Sequence record: NC_047880.1
DNA length: 64,000 nt
Reading direction: 5' to 3' (one strand)
In this document: positions 9,872 through 19,190 of the stretch, piece after piece
How the letters are laid out: each line of letters opens with the position of its first letter
Numbering within the stretch: the first letter of the stretch is position 1
The notes under the pieces: model-generated
Told to the model about the DNA's origin: nothing
Database searches by the model: none
What the model saw: only the letters and a program-made list of their open reading frames with translations
Translations under genes and position numbers: made by a program

Positions 9872-10331
9872 AGGCGGTCTGTGGCGCGTCTTTCCTGATT
9901 ACGATTCAGAAGAGATGCTGCTTAAACTGTTGTCTACTATCGGCATAGACTCCGATGATGAATCTGTGCCTGATGAATTCCACGTTACTCTCGCTTATGA
10001 TATGTCTAATCCAGACGTCAAAGCAGAGATCAACGATCCAGGGGAATTCTTCGGCGTAGTGAAAGAGGCAACGTTGTTCGGAGAGGGTCAAGATAAGATT
10101 CTTGTTCTCGTACTTGAGTCCGAAGACTTGCAGCGCGAACACAATCGCATTCATGCGTGTGGTGCAGCGAAGTTTAAGTTCACTCCGTACAAACCTCACG
10201 TTACTCTCACTCATGCGGCGAAAGATAGTCACGCAGAATTCCTGAATCAGGTTATCTCGCATCCGGGTCGCCCTCCAATTACTTTGCGCTTCATCGAAGA
10301 AGACCGCAAAGTGCTTGTACAGAAAGACTAA
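9864..10331 (+). CDS. acb1: 2H phosphoesterase, Acb1/T4 gp57B-like (candidate anti-CBASS nuclease)
   Basis: Two HxT motifs (FHVTLAY, KPHVTLT); LVLVLESEDLQREH..GA resembles T4 gp57B from memory; ATG 9864 after GAGG. Confidence 0.7.
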   Translation: MVKGGLWRVFPDYDSEEMLLKLLSTIGIDSDDESVPDEFHVTLAYDMSNPDVKAEINDPGEFFGVVKEATLFGEGQDKILVLVLESEDLQREHNRIHACGAAKFKFTPYKPHVTLTHAAKDSHAEFLNQVISHPGRPPITLRFIEEDRKVLVQKD

Positions 10332-10386
10332 CCCAATCAGAGCGGTGGCCATTGTGCTGCCGCTTTTGTCATTTGAGGACAAAACA

Positions 10387-10704
10387 ATGGAAATGCTCAT
10401 TAGCCTTAGCCATGAGATTCGCATCGAAGAACAGGATGTGAAGCCCGTTACTCAACCAACTGATCAAGCGCAGCAGGCCCTTGCGTTAAAAGACCAACAA
10501 CGTATCGTAGAGGATTACGGTATTGACGCCTCACCTGAGGAAATTGAAAAAGGTGAGAAAGAGCGCACAGAGCAGGAAGAAGAGAAAGCAGAGGAAGCAA
10601 AGAAAACTGTGCCTCAGGATTTGGGTCAGTTCAAACAGTCTGATGAATCAGAGAACAATGCTGCTAAGATCCAGCAATCTCATGATAACCTCACAGACCT
10701 GTAG
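10387..10704 (+). CDS. acidic hypothetical protein
   Basis: ATG 10387 after GAGG; N-terminal MEMLISLS; E/Q-rich. Confidence 0.65.
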   Translation: MEMLISLSHEIRIEEQDVKPVTQPTDQAQQALALKDQQRIVEDYGIDASPEEIEKGEKERTEQEEEKAEEAKKTVPQDLGQFKQSDESENNAAKIQQSHDNLTDL

Positions 10705-10708
10705 GAAT

Positions 10709-10717
10709 CTGTAAATA
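10709..10717 (+). promoter_or_regulatory. CTGTAAATA motif upstream of sigma factor gene
   Basis: Intergenic, exact motif. Confidence 0.5.
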
Positions 10718-10749
10718 TGAGTCAAAGCAACTGACAGGTGTATTTGACC

Positions 10750-11787
10750 ATGAGCGATAAGTCTAATCTCACGGGTGGTCAGATTGAGAGTGTGATGGAC
10801 ACACTTCTTCATGACTGCCTTAGTGAGATTGTTGAGAATACAAATATCTTTGACGTGCAACTGACCTATCTACTCGGTCTTATCACGTCTAATAAAAAGC
10901 GAAAGCCGTACAACGCAGAAACCCGCGAACGTGCGATAAGCCTGCTGATCAAAGCACTCTCTGTTACGCGGGACCAGAAGATGGTTTATATCCGCGAGCT
11001 TAAAATGGAACGTAACTTTATCTACGTCTTCCTGGACAATGTAATTAAGCGATACTACGCGACGTATGTTGATCTGTATCGCTGCTTTATCGTGACTGCC
11101 GATGTGAACAAGCGTATTCGTTATGCTCAACGCCTTGACGTGTACGTTAAGATGTTCGGTGCGGATTCACGATCAAAGTTGTTTGTAGCACTCAATCGCC
11201 TCAATGATTTGCTTCCGCACTTCATGGAATACTTCCACTCGGTTGTTGCTGACTTCTATCGTCTGTGTACAAAGCAGACACGATTTTATGTTGATACCAA
11301 TAAAGGCAAACAGTACGACAGCAAAGATGTTCGACAGAACTTCCTGCGCAACGTCATTATTGCGATCAACAAGTATGACTCGTCGCGTGGTGCGATTGTG
11401 AGTTATACGAAGTGGTGGATTCTGAACGCTCAAACCTGTAGCAGTAGCGAACACGAATATGGGATCGCGTATACAATACCGCAGACCCAGCGTAAGAAAC
11501 TCGCAACAGGTGAAGATACCACTTCACTCAATTTCTCGGTTAGTCTCGATGCTCCGACTTCTGAATCTGATGAAGGACCGGACGCGAGCCTCCATCAAAA
11601 AGTGAGTGACCATCATCACTTAGAAGATCACGTCGATAGCGAAAGACGAACCGGAAAGCTGAGACTCTTGATTAAGCGTGTAGACCCGTTGGGTGTCGCT
11701 CGCCTCACGATGGATGTGGGTGAGGAGTTCGACAAAGACGAACTGGAATTTATGCGCCGTTACATGAAGTCTCAACGGCTAGCCTAA
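10750..11787 (+). CDS. phage-encoded sigma70-family RNA polymerase sigma factor
   Basis: Region 2-like segment KDVRQNFLRNVIIAINKYDSSRGAIVSYTKWWILNA, followed by SLDAP (region 3 end motif); GTG 10738 is an alternative start. Confidence 0.75.
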   Translation: MSDKSNLTGGQIESVMDTLLHDCLSEIVENTNIFDVQLTYLLGLITSNKKRKPYNAETRERAISLLIKALSVTRDQKMVYIRELKMERNFIYVFLDNVIKRYYATYVDLYRCFIVTADVNKRIRYAQRLDVYVKMFGADSRSKLFVALNRLNDLLPHFMEYFHSVVADFYRLCTKQTRFYVDTNKGKQYDSKDVRQNFLRNVIIAINKYDSSRGAIVSYTKWWILNAQTCSSSEHEYGIAYTIPQTQRKKLATGEDTTSLNFSVSLDAPTSESDEGPDASLHQKVSDHHHLEDHVDSERRTGKLRLLIKRVDPLGVARLTMDVGEEFDKDELEFMRRYMKSQRLA

Positions 11788-11789
11788 AA

Positions 11790-11798
11790 CTGTAAACA
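11790..11798 (+). promoter_or_regulatory. CTGTAAACA motif upstream of SSB
   Basis: Intergenic variant of recurring motif. Confidence 0.5.
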
Positions 11799-11831
11799 TT
11801 GCGAAAGCAAACTCAATATTGAGGATATATA

Positions 11832-13094
11832 ATGGCACGTGGATTTGATAACATCAGCGACAACAGTAAGCGCGACAGCTTACGTGAGTCGGATATCTTT
11901 GAGATTTATCCGTTAGCGAAAAAAGCTGCTGGCGGCTGGGTGTCTATTCGTTTACTTGAAACTGACCTGCTGCCTATCAAAAAGCACTGGATCAAAATCA
12001 TGGGCGGCAAAGACAAAGACAAAGAAATCAAAATCCCACGTCTTTGTGTTAGCTTCGACCCTGACAATGCCGGTAAACCGTTACGCGGTATGAAGTGTCC
12101 GTACTGCGGCATTGCTCACGGTAACGATGAATCAGGTGCACCAGCGCAGTACGACTTTAAGTGGTATGCGCAAGCGATTGTTCGTGATGAACAAGAAACT
12201 CAGCCACGCAAATTGCCGAAGCACACGAAGCAAGAGCTGAAAACGAAAAAGAAAGAAAAAGGCTCAGAAAGCTGGACTCCGGTATTTTGTATCCCGCTCA
12301 CTAACAGTCTGGCTGGCCGTATCAAAGAGCTGGGCGAGCGCAACATTCACAACGTTAAAGACAAAAAGTCTGGCAAGAAGTCTAAGCAAGCGTTTCAGGT
12401 CAATCATCCGAAGTACGGCTGTGACATTGAAATCAAATACAACGCTAAGAAATCTCCTGCAGAGCGTTACTCAATCGAACGCGGTGAGCATAAGCCGCTG
12501 ACCGAAGAAGAAAAAGAATATCTGACCTGGGACTTCGAAAACTGGGAAGAGATTTATGATCTTCTCGGCCGTCTGTCAGAAGCAGATGCTCTTGCTGACT
12601 TCAAGAAGATGGACGTTCTCGGCGTCGAACCTGATGATAGCGATGACGACGAAGACGACGATGACGATGGCATGTCATTGGGCAAGAAAGGTAAAAAGTC
12701 CAAGAAGTCTCGCAAAGACGATGACGACGAAGACGACGAGGATGACGAAGACGAACGACCGTCTAAGAAATCCAAGAAGTCCAAGCCTTCTAAGTCTAAG
12801 CGTCTGCTGGACGATGATGAAGACGACGAAGACGAAGATGATGACGAAGACGATCGTCCATCTAAAAAGTCCAAGAAGTCTTCTAAGGACAAAAAGTCAG
12901 TGAAGTCCAAGAAGTCTAAAAAATCCAGTCGTGACGATGACGACGAAGATGATGAAGACGACGAAGACGAAAAGCCTAAGAAGAAGAAAAAGAAAACTTC
13001 TTCTGCTGACAAGTCTTCCGTGAAGAAGAAGAAAAAGAAATCTTCTGACGACGATGAAGACGAAAAGCCAAAGAAAAAGAAAAAGAAAAAGTAA
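11832..13094 (+). CDS. single-stranded DNA-binding protein (T4 gp32-like) with long D/E-K/S block tail
   Basis: Aromatic OB-like core with H..C..CPYC zinc ligands, GCDIEIKY motif, position directly before recA; low-complexity C-terminal third. Confidence 0.6.
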   Translation: MARGFDNISDNSKRDSLRESDIFEIYPLAKKAAGGWVSIRLLETDLLPIKKHWIKIMGGKDKDKEIKIPRLCVSFDPDNAGKPLRGMKCPYCGIAHGNDESGAPAQYDFKWYAQAIVRDEQETQPRKLPKHTKQELKTKKKEKGSESWTPVFCIPLTNSLAGRIKELGERNIHNVKDKKSGKKSKQAFQVNHPKYGCDIEIKYNAKKSPAERYSIERGEHKPLTEEEKEYLTWDFENWEEIYDLLGRLSEADALADFKKMDVLGVEPDDSDDDEDDDDDGMSLGKKGKKSKKSRKDDDDEDDEDDEDERPSKKSKKSKPSKSKRLLDDDEDDEDEDDDEDDRPSKKSKKSSKDKKSVKSKKSKKSSRDDDDEDDEDDEDEKPKKKKKKTSSADKSSVKKKKKKSSDDDEDEKPKKKKKKK

Positions 13095-13106
13095 CTGATC
13101 GATCAC

Positions 13107-13138
13107 ATGGGGTGGCATAAGCTGCCCCATTCTTTTCT
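13107..13138 (+). terminator. rho-independent terminator
   Basis: ATGGGGTGGC-ATAA-GCTGCCCCAT followed by TCTTTTCT. Confidence 0.7.
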
Positions 13139-13159
13139 CTAATCAGGAATTACCTCTCG

Positions 13160-15652
13160 ATGGCCAAAGAGAAGAAAGTAAAAGAACCCAAAGCTAAGAA
13201 AGCAAAAGCTGTTGCTTCTGATGATGTGGGTGGAAAAGAGATTAAGGTGTTTAGTCTCTCAAGCATGATGGACGACACGCTCGATCTCATTGAGAAGAAA
13301 ACGAAAGTAAGTTCTCAGGATGCAGCGCGTCACGCACCACGTATCTCAACTGGTGTGCTCGCTCTCGATATGTATCTCGATGGCGGTATTGTACCTGGTG
13401 GCTGGTATACATTTGCAGGCGGTGAGCAGTCCTGTAAGTCTACGATGACCATGAGTATCATGGCGTCTCTGATTCGTCTGAAATATAAAGGGACCAGCGT
13501 AGTATTCGACTACGAAGGTTCAACCGATGCTGACTACGTTGCTGGTCAGTTGAAAACGTTTGGCGTTACTGTCGATCCGAAAACAATCTTCGGTGTGCGC
13601 GATACTGATGGTGGTGGCTGGATCATCAAACCTCAGATTCGCTACTACGCACCTGATAACGGTGAGCGCTTCTTCGATTACATGTCGATGCTGCGTCGTC
13701 GTCTGCCGAACAAAATCGTTGAGAAAGACGGCTCTGCGTATTACGTCTTTGAGAACACCAAAGAGAACGCGAAGAAAGTCGCTGGCTTCTACGATAAGAA
13801 GTGGTTCAGTCGTAACAACGAATTCAAAGTACCTGCCGAAGATGCACACATGCAGGCTATGGTTATCGTTGACTCCTATCCGGCAATGATGCCTGATGCT
13901 GTCGATGATGACGATGGTTCAAAAGCAATGGCAATGCAGGCGCGTATGTTCTCTGACGGTATCAAACGTTTCCGTGGCGGTATGCGTCGTAAGATGATGA
14001 CTATCGTTGGCGTTAACCAGATTCGTCTGAAACCTGCTGTAATGTTCGGCCCGCCTGAGTACGAGCCGTGTGGTGAAGCGTTGAAGTTCTATTGCTTCGC
14101 GTCTGACACTAACATCCGTACTGATCACGGTGTGCTGACTGCACCTCAGATCAAAGAGCTGCTGGATGCAGGTAAAGACGTTAGCGTTGAATCGTTCGAC
14201 GGCTTCCAACAGATCGTTCAGGCGTGGAAAGTCGATGACGCTCCATTCCCTATCGAGCTGTACGCTGGTGGTCACGCATATGTTGGCAGTGCAGAGCACC
14301 GTCAGTTCACGCTGATGCACGACACAACCGATGATGGTATGCGTGTGTTACGTCCTGAATGGAACACACTCAATCAGCTTGCGCAATTCCCAAGCGCCGA
14401 AGGCCAGTACGCCGCGTTGCGTGTCGCTAAAGTTGAAGAACTGAAACAGCATACGCCTGACGTGTATGATGAATCTTCCGCTGCTGTTAAACGCCTACTC
14501 GCTAACTGCGATCCACAAAGCAAGCAACTGCCTCTCGTATCTAAAGGTGATACGACGTATGCAGCGAACTGCCTCGTGATTGATATGGTTGGTGATAGCA
14601 CTGACCAGTCAGACTTCGAGCTGTGGGTTAAGCACTTCATGAACATCGGTATCTTGGCGTTTGCTGATGCTAACGGTATCTGGTTGCCGGGTCTGCATAA
14701 GCATGAGCTGGAAGAAGCCTTAGTTCAAGATGCTCTCGGTGCACACGCAGGTATCAGTGATGCTTCGTCCGCTCGTCAACGTCAGACTCAGATGCTGACT
14801 GTGATCGCTGACGTATTCCCTGAACTGACTCGTTACGTCCTCGACTACAACCTGACTAACGAGCCTATCTATCTGGCTCCTGGTTATGATTTCGCGGAAG
14901 CGCTTGACGCAATTCTGCATAAAGAAATCAGCGGTTACGACGACCAGTACGATCTGCTGATGACTCAGCTTGCGTATATCGAAGACTGGTACACGGTCTG
15001 TGACTCAATCGTTCCTGTTCCGTTCTCTCTTCGCGCTCTCGACCGTGATGTTGAGTTCTGGGATGTTAACGTTGCATCAACCTCAGTCGTTATCACGAAC
15101 AACTTCGCATCGCATAACAGTGACGTGCGCGTTCGTCTGACTTCTCGCGCTGTGCCTCAGGGCTGGCCTGTGATGAAAGACGCTCACGGTATCGTCGGCG
15201 AGAAGTCTGTTACTGTTGAAGGTGGTACTGACCGCTATCGTTTCATTGCGGCTAAGACTACCAAGAACAAGATGGGTGGCATCCCGAATCAGCAAACGTG
15301 GATGCGTTTGTGGGAAGCAGATGGTAATGGTGAAGCTCGTGGCTTCGACCCAGTGTTTGACTGCTGGCATTATCTGAAAACCCTGGGCTTGATCAACGGT
15401 ACGCGCAAGAACTTCAAAATGAAAGCGCCGTGTCCTCTCGCATCTGATGTTAAGATCGATTGGGACGAGTTCCGTACTTTGATCAACGGTAACAAGCAAC
15501 AAATCATTGACGTGTGTCGTAAGCTGAAAGTGAAGAAGCCTCTGTCTTTACGTGCGTGGTGCTTCAAGTTCGTGCAGTCCACACAGGGCAAAGAGATGTT
15601 GAAAGCGTCTATCAGTAAGTCGGCTAAAGTCGAAGACGACGAAGACGATTAA
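13160..15652 (+). CDS. recA: RecA/UvsX-like recombinase containing an intein (spliced product about 488 aa)
   Basis: ISTGVLALD, Walker A GGEQSCKST, Walker B VIVDS, MQARMFS, NQIR, GEALKFY, KTTKNK. Confidence 0.9.
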   Translation: MAKEKKVKEPKAKKAKAVASDDVGGKEIKVFSLSSMMDDTLDLIEKKTKVSSQDAARHAPRISTGVLALDMYLDGGIVPGGWYTFAGGEQSCKSTMTMSIMASLIRLKYKGTSVVFDYEGSTDADYVAGQLKTFGVTVDPKTIFGVRDTDGGGWIIKPQIRYYAPDNGERFFDYMSMLRRRLPNKIVEKDGSAYYVFENTKENAKKVAGFYDKKWFSRNNEFKVPAEDAHMQAMVIVDSYPAMMPDAVDDDDGSKAMAMQARMFSDGIKRFRGGMRRKMMTIVGVNQIRLKPAVMFGPPEYEPCGEALKFYCFASDTNIRTDHGVLTAPQIKELLDAGKDVSVESFDGFQQIVQAWKVDDAPFPIELYAGGHAYVGSAEHRQFTLMHDTTDDGMRVLRPEWNTLNQLAQFPSAEGQYAALRVAKVEELKQHTPDVYDESSAAVKRLLANCDPQSKQLPLVSKGDTTYAANCLVIDMVGDSTDQSDFELWVKHFMNIGILAFADANGIWLPGLHKHELEEALVQDALGAHAGISDASSARQRQTQMLTVIADVFPELTRYVLDYNLTNEPIYLAPGYDFAEALDAILHKEISGYDDQYDLLMTQLAYIEDWYTVCDSIVPVPFSLRALDRDVEFWDVNVASTSVVITNNFASHNSDVRVRLTSRAVPQGWPVMKDAHGIVGEKSVTVEGGTDRYRFIAAKTTKNKMGGIPNQQTWMRLWEADGNGEARGFDPVFDCWHYLKTLGLINGTRKNFKMKAPCPLASDVKIDWDEFRTLINGNKQQIIDVCRKLKVKKPLSLRAWCFKFVQSTQGKEMLKASISKSAKVEDDEDD
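14093..15118 (+). mobile_element. intein (342 aa, precursor residues 312-653)
   Basis: ALKFY|CFASDTNI block A; GSAEH block B; FWDVNV block F; ASHN|S block G with Ser+1. Confidence 0.9.
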
Positions 15653-15664
15653 TATAAACCAATA

Positions 15665-15690
15665 GAGGCGGGCTTCGGCTCGCCCTTTCT
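15665..15690 (+). terminator. rho-independent terminator
   Basis: GGCGGGC-TTCG-GCTCGCC then CTTTCTT. Confidence 0.7.
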
Positions 15691-15707
15691 TTAACAGGAA
15701 AAATGAA

Positions 15708-16085
15708 ATGTCAAAAACGTATCTCGCTGATATCGGAAACTTAGGTCTTATCAAACTGGCTATCAATGCTGACGTTCGCCCTCTGAATATCGAAACGCTC
15801 AAAGAGCTGGACTCTGCTGATCTGCCTACTGACCTGAACCGTGTGTATGTCGTTGGGGCTAACGTCGCGCCTGCTATGTTCACTGAACTCGAAAGCTACA
15901 TCGACCCGTCTGAACTCGTTGCTGACGTTGAGAAAGGTAATATCGGCAAGCTGTTCAACCGTGATGTTATTCGCAGCGAACAGGTAGACCCGGATATGCT
16001 GGCGCTGGTCCTGCTGTTTAGTCCGAACAATGACAGCGCAGCACTCGAAGTTCTCGGCTTTGCTGCTGTGAAGATTAATCTGTAA
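15708..16085 (+). CDS. hypothetical protein
   Basis: 125 aa, AGGA RBS. Confidence 0.7.
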   Translation: MSKTYLADIGNLGLIKLAINADVRPLNIETLKELDSADLPTDLNRVYVVGANVAPAMFTELESYIDPSELVADVEKGNIGKLFNRDVIRSEQVDPDMLALVLLFSPNNDSAALEVLGFAAVKINL

Positions 16086-16118
16086 ATACAACACAGAGCG
16101 GGAGATTCACTCTCGCTC
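16080..16118 (+). promoter_or_regulatory. CTGTAAATA motif plus leader hairpin
   Basis: Motif at 16080-16088; GAGCGGGAG-ATTCA-CTCTCGCTC at 16096-16118. Confidence 0.5.
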
Positions 16119-16159
16119 ACATTCAACTCGATAGACCATACGGTCAGGAGTATTAGACG

Positions 16160-16879
16160 ATGAAAAGAATTCACGTACAGACATTACCGCTAGACGCACT
16201 CAACGGACTTGTTCACGGTTTCCACCACCATGAACGTCACCACAATTTCGGTCGGGTCGATGTATCTTTATATTACATGGACGTGACAGCTCAAGCAGCG
16301 CAGAACTCCTTGTTTTCTATTTTGAAAAAAGAAAAGCATAACATCAAACCTGTGGGTTACGATAGTATCAGTTCTGTTCAAGGTAAAACGCTGCCTGAAA
16401 TAGCTGGCACTGTGTTATCTACTAGCCTGCTTCACGTTGACCGTGCATCTATCGCATCTAACCTAAACGACATGTTTGGCAGTATGCGCCGCTCTGGACT
16501 CACTAAACAAAGCACAATAACAATTTACGGTGAGCCTGGAATTGAGAAGCTTATGCACATGGCGAACGACGTTGCATACGCAGCATATAGCGAAGCCGAT
16601 AACTCCTCAATCCGACTGGGCCATGAAGGTACGACGACAAATCTTCCGTTAGATACTCTCATGAAACTTATTCTCGACACTGAGAAGAACATTTGTGCTA
16701 CGATTCATAATTCGCCTGCGAACGTATACACGTTTGGTCCTGAGCTTACGATCTTGGACCCTGAGTGGTTGTCTAAGTTTCTTTCGTGTGTGAAGCGTAC
16801 AGGCAAGAGCGCACATCTTCATCCAGAACTTCATCGTAAGTTTTTTGACGCTGAAATTTCCATTTACGAATTCGTATAA
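16160..16879 (+). CDS. hypothetical protein
   Basis: 239 aa, AGGAG RBS. Confidence 0.7.
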   Translation: MKRIHVQTLPLDALNGLVHGFHHHERHHNFGRVDVSLYYMDVTAQAAQNSLFSILKKEKHNIKPVGYDSISSVQGKTLPEIAGTVLSTSLLHVDRASIASNLNDMFGSMRRSGLTKQSTITIYGEPGIEKLMHMANDVAYAAYSEADNSSIRLGHEGTTTNLPLDTLMKLILDTEKNICATIHNSPANVYTFGPELTILDPEWLSKFLSCVKRTGKSAHLHPELHRKFFDAEISIYEFV

Positions 16880-16918
16880 CTGAACACAATGCTGTGTGTA
16901 GTCTTTGCCAATTGGCAC

Positions 16919-16948
16919 GGGAGATCATGATGGTCTCCCATTTTTTTT
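16919..16948 (+). terminator. rho-independent terminator
   Basis: GGGAGATCA-TGA-TGGTCTCCC followed by A and T8. Confidence 0.8.
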
Positions 16949-16985
16949 ATTTAAATTCCCCGCATATGTCTTGAGAGTCTGCGCT

Positions 16986-18005
16986 ATGTCTAAAGAAACT
17001 TACTTAGAAGTACATGATGCCTATATTGCAAACAATTTCTTGCAGGATATTCCACGTTCTAAACTGACAGCTCGCTTCACTGAATATTTGAATCGTGTCA
17101 AAGGCGTTGTTCCTTCCAACGGTATTCCTATGGCTGAATTCTTGCAGTGGGCAAACATGATGCCAGCTAAGGACGAGGAGATCGATTCCCGTAGAATGCT
17201 GTTTACGGTTGGCATTGTCTACACGCATTTCATCTGGTCGTTCACTAAAGCCTCCTATGTTGTTGAGCGTGATATATGGAAGCATCTTGTCGAGAGCGAC
17301 TCTCCAAAAATACTACCGTCTGCTACACTCAAGCAACTCCCTCACTGGTCTCAGTGGATTGCAGCACCAGTTACTGTCACACACAAAGACAGCAAGTCCG
17401 ATACATCTTACATAATTGATTCGGATGGTTTCTGGGCGACCTATGCAAATTTCAACGAAACAACCCACATGAACCTGGCCTTTGTTGGGTCTATCAGCAT
17501 TAATAACGCCCGTCATATAATGCACATGCAACTTATCTTTGACATTACCAAAGATATGGAATTGATTGATGGTTTCGATTGGTTCATGTTTATATTGGGT
17601 GAAAACGGAAGTTCACATATAGACCCGAGTACACCAGAAGGTCCTGTCGTAGCTCGTATTCTTCAAGAATTTATGAAGCCTGTCGTCAACGTGCTTTTGT
17701 TCATTGCCTCAGAAGTAGACAACATCTACAAGGGAGGTATGAAAAGATTTAAACCCCGCAAACAGGGTAACTCATACAAAGTTATACCAGTGCGCGATGT
17801 AAGAGAGTGGAAAGTAGGTACAGAGTTACTTAATGAAATTCGTACATACGAAAACGAAGTAGAGACTGCGAAATCTCAAGGCCGTCGTGCTCATATACGA
17901 CGCGGCCATTATCATAACTACTGGTACGGTCCGCGTACTGGTGATCGTCAGCTCAAATCAAGATGGGTTCCACCTTGTGTTGTTAGAGGCACCATCGAAG
18001 ATTGA
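16986..18005 (+). CDS. hypothetical protein with C-terminal HxRRGH basic motif
   Basis: RRAHIRRGHYHNYWYG..RWVPP; start moved to ATG 16986 because the track start lies in a terminator. Confidence 0.7.
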   Translation: MSKETYLEVHDAYIANNFLQDIPRSKLTARFTEYLNRVKGVVPSNGIPMAEFLQWANMMPAKDEEIDSRRMLFTVGIVYTHFIWSFTKASYVVERDIWKHLVESDSPKILPSATLKQLPHWSQWIAAPVTVTHKDSKSDTSYIIDSDGFWATYANFNETTHMNLAFVGSISINNARHIMHMQLIFDITKDMELIDGFDWFMFILGENGSSHIDPSTPEGPVVARILQEFMKPVVNVLLFIASEVDNIYKGGMKRFKPRKQGNSYKVIPVRDVREWKVGTELLNEIRTYENEVETAKSQGRRAHIRRGHYHNYWYGPRTGDRQLKSRWVPPCVVRGTIED

Positions 18006-18050
18006 GTTCTATCAACCTCCACGTATGAGCGTTTAGCTCGGAGAAAAACT

Positions 18051-18812
18051 ATGTCTCGTGTACAAAATGTCTATATCCCTGATGTTGAATCGTTTGAACC
18101 TTACGTCCGCTCACTGTGTCACATGGCGCGTATACTCGATCAAAATGGTACTAACTACAACAAGATGAAACACGTAGTTGTTATCGGTACTTCTAAACGT
18201 ATGGCAGAAGCTTATGTGCGACAGCTTCTTGGATCAAAAGACCTGCCTAGCAATCTTATCTGCTTCGGTTGTGATGAATCACCTGTCAATCACCGCGAGT
18301 TCTCTTACATCGGTTCGCATGTCGTGCTGCTGCCTGAATTGAACTATGCGTCTGAAAGCGCTTTGGATAAAATCTCACGCCGCGTTATTGAAATGATTTT
18401 GAGCCTGAAACAGAAGGACGAAGACACAGAGCTAAAGAATGGCGCTCTCACTGTCACGTATCAGAATCCAAGAATCTGGTCATGCCTCATTTCATGTGGG
18501 GCCGTCATGAACGCGCCGAACTATGCTAACATTCAGTTCCAGAAAGATTTGGTGTCTTCCATAGGCGTAGGCCAACTCATGGACTGTATGACGAATGAAG
18601 ACTACCACGAACTTCATGCGCAAACGATCACGATCGGCCTTGAGTTCCTGTACGTCAAAACCGAATACATTATTGAGAAACTGCACAACCTGCTGTGGTC
18701 ACTCAGCTCAACAAACAGTGAGTTCAAGGATAAGCACACGATAGTCCTGCACGACGATTTCCGTCTGGCCTTATTCGAACAATATCTGCTCTACGACTTC
18801 CGTGGGTTTTAA
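18051..18812 (+). CDS. hypothetical protein
   Basis: 253 aa, GGAG RBS. Confidence 0.7.
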   Translation: MSRVQNVYIPDVESFEPYVRSLCHMARILDQNGTNYNKMKHVVVIGTSKRMAEAYVRQLLGSKDLPSNLICFGCDESPVNHREFSYIGSHVVLLPELNYASESALDKISRRVIEMILSLKQKDEDTELKNGALTVTYQNPRIWSCLISCGAVMNAPNYANIQFQKDLVSSIGVGQLMDCMTNEDYHELHAQTITIGLEFLYVKTEYIIEKLHNLLWSLSSTNSEFKDKHTIVLHDDFRLALFEQYLLYDFRGF

Positions 18813-18886
18813 GACTATTCTTAGTCCTGTTCTCTAATTTCTAAACGTCGGCAAGTAGTGCTGACGAGACGTTATTGGAGAATAAC

Positions 18887-19147
18887 ATGTGCGGACGTAG
18901 CCTAGTACGGTTGAAGTATCTCGCACGGTCCTCGAACTGGTGCAACAATAAAGTAAACGCTTGTAATAAGCGGAAGGCGAAGCATGTACAGTGTGAAGAA
19001 TTTCTGGCAGCCACGAAAGGTTGTAGCACTGTCCAACTCTCGCCCAGTGTTATCTCGTTCTATTGTAATTCTGAACTGGTCGGTCAGACAGTATGGCATG
19101 AAATAGAAGGCGATAATTCACTTCAATTCCGTCTGTTACTCGCATAG
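18887..19147 (+). CDS. small hypothetical protein
   Basis: ATG 18887 after GGAG, followed by terminator. Confidence 0.45.
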   Translation: MCGRSLVRLKYLARSSNWCNNKVNACNKRKAKHVQCEEFLAATKGCSTVQLSPSVISFYCNSELVGQTVWHEIEGDNSLQFRLLLA

Positions 19148-19150
19148 TCT

Positions 19151-19190
19151 AAAGGGCTGTCAGAAATCAATCTGATGGCCCTTTCTCTTT
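19151..19190 (+). terminator. rho-independent terminator
   Basis: AAAGGGCTGTCAGA / TCTGATGGCCCTTT then CTCTTTT. Confidence 0.75.

Noticed and set aside
12554-13012. Ser/Phe-rich - strand ORF (also 6472..6897)
   Set aside because: Antisense shadow of GAT/GAC/AAG low-complexity coding sequence
13430-13442. Inactive RecA because Walker A reads SCKST instead of SGKT
   Set aside because: Phage UvsX-type proteins tolerate substitution at this position and the Lys-Ser pair is intact
16905-16985. Track start of the 366-aa ORF
   Set aside because: Extension runs through a terminator and T8 tract; ATG 16986 preferred
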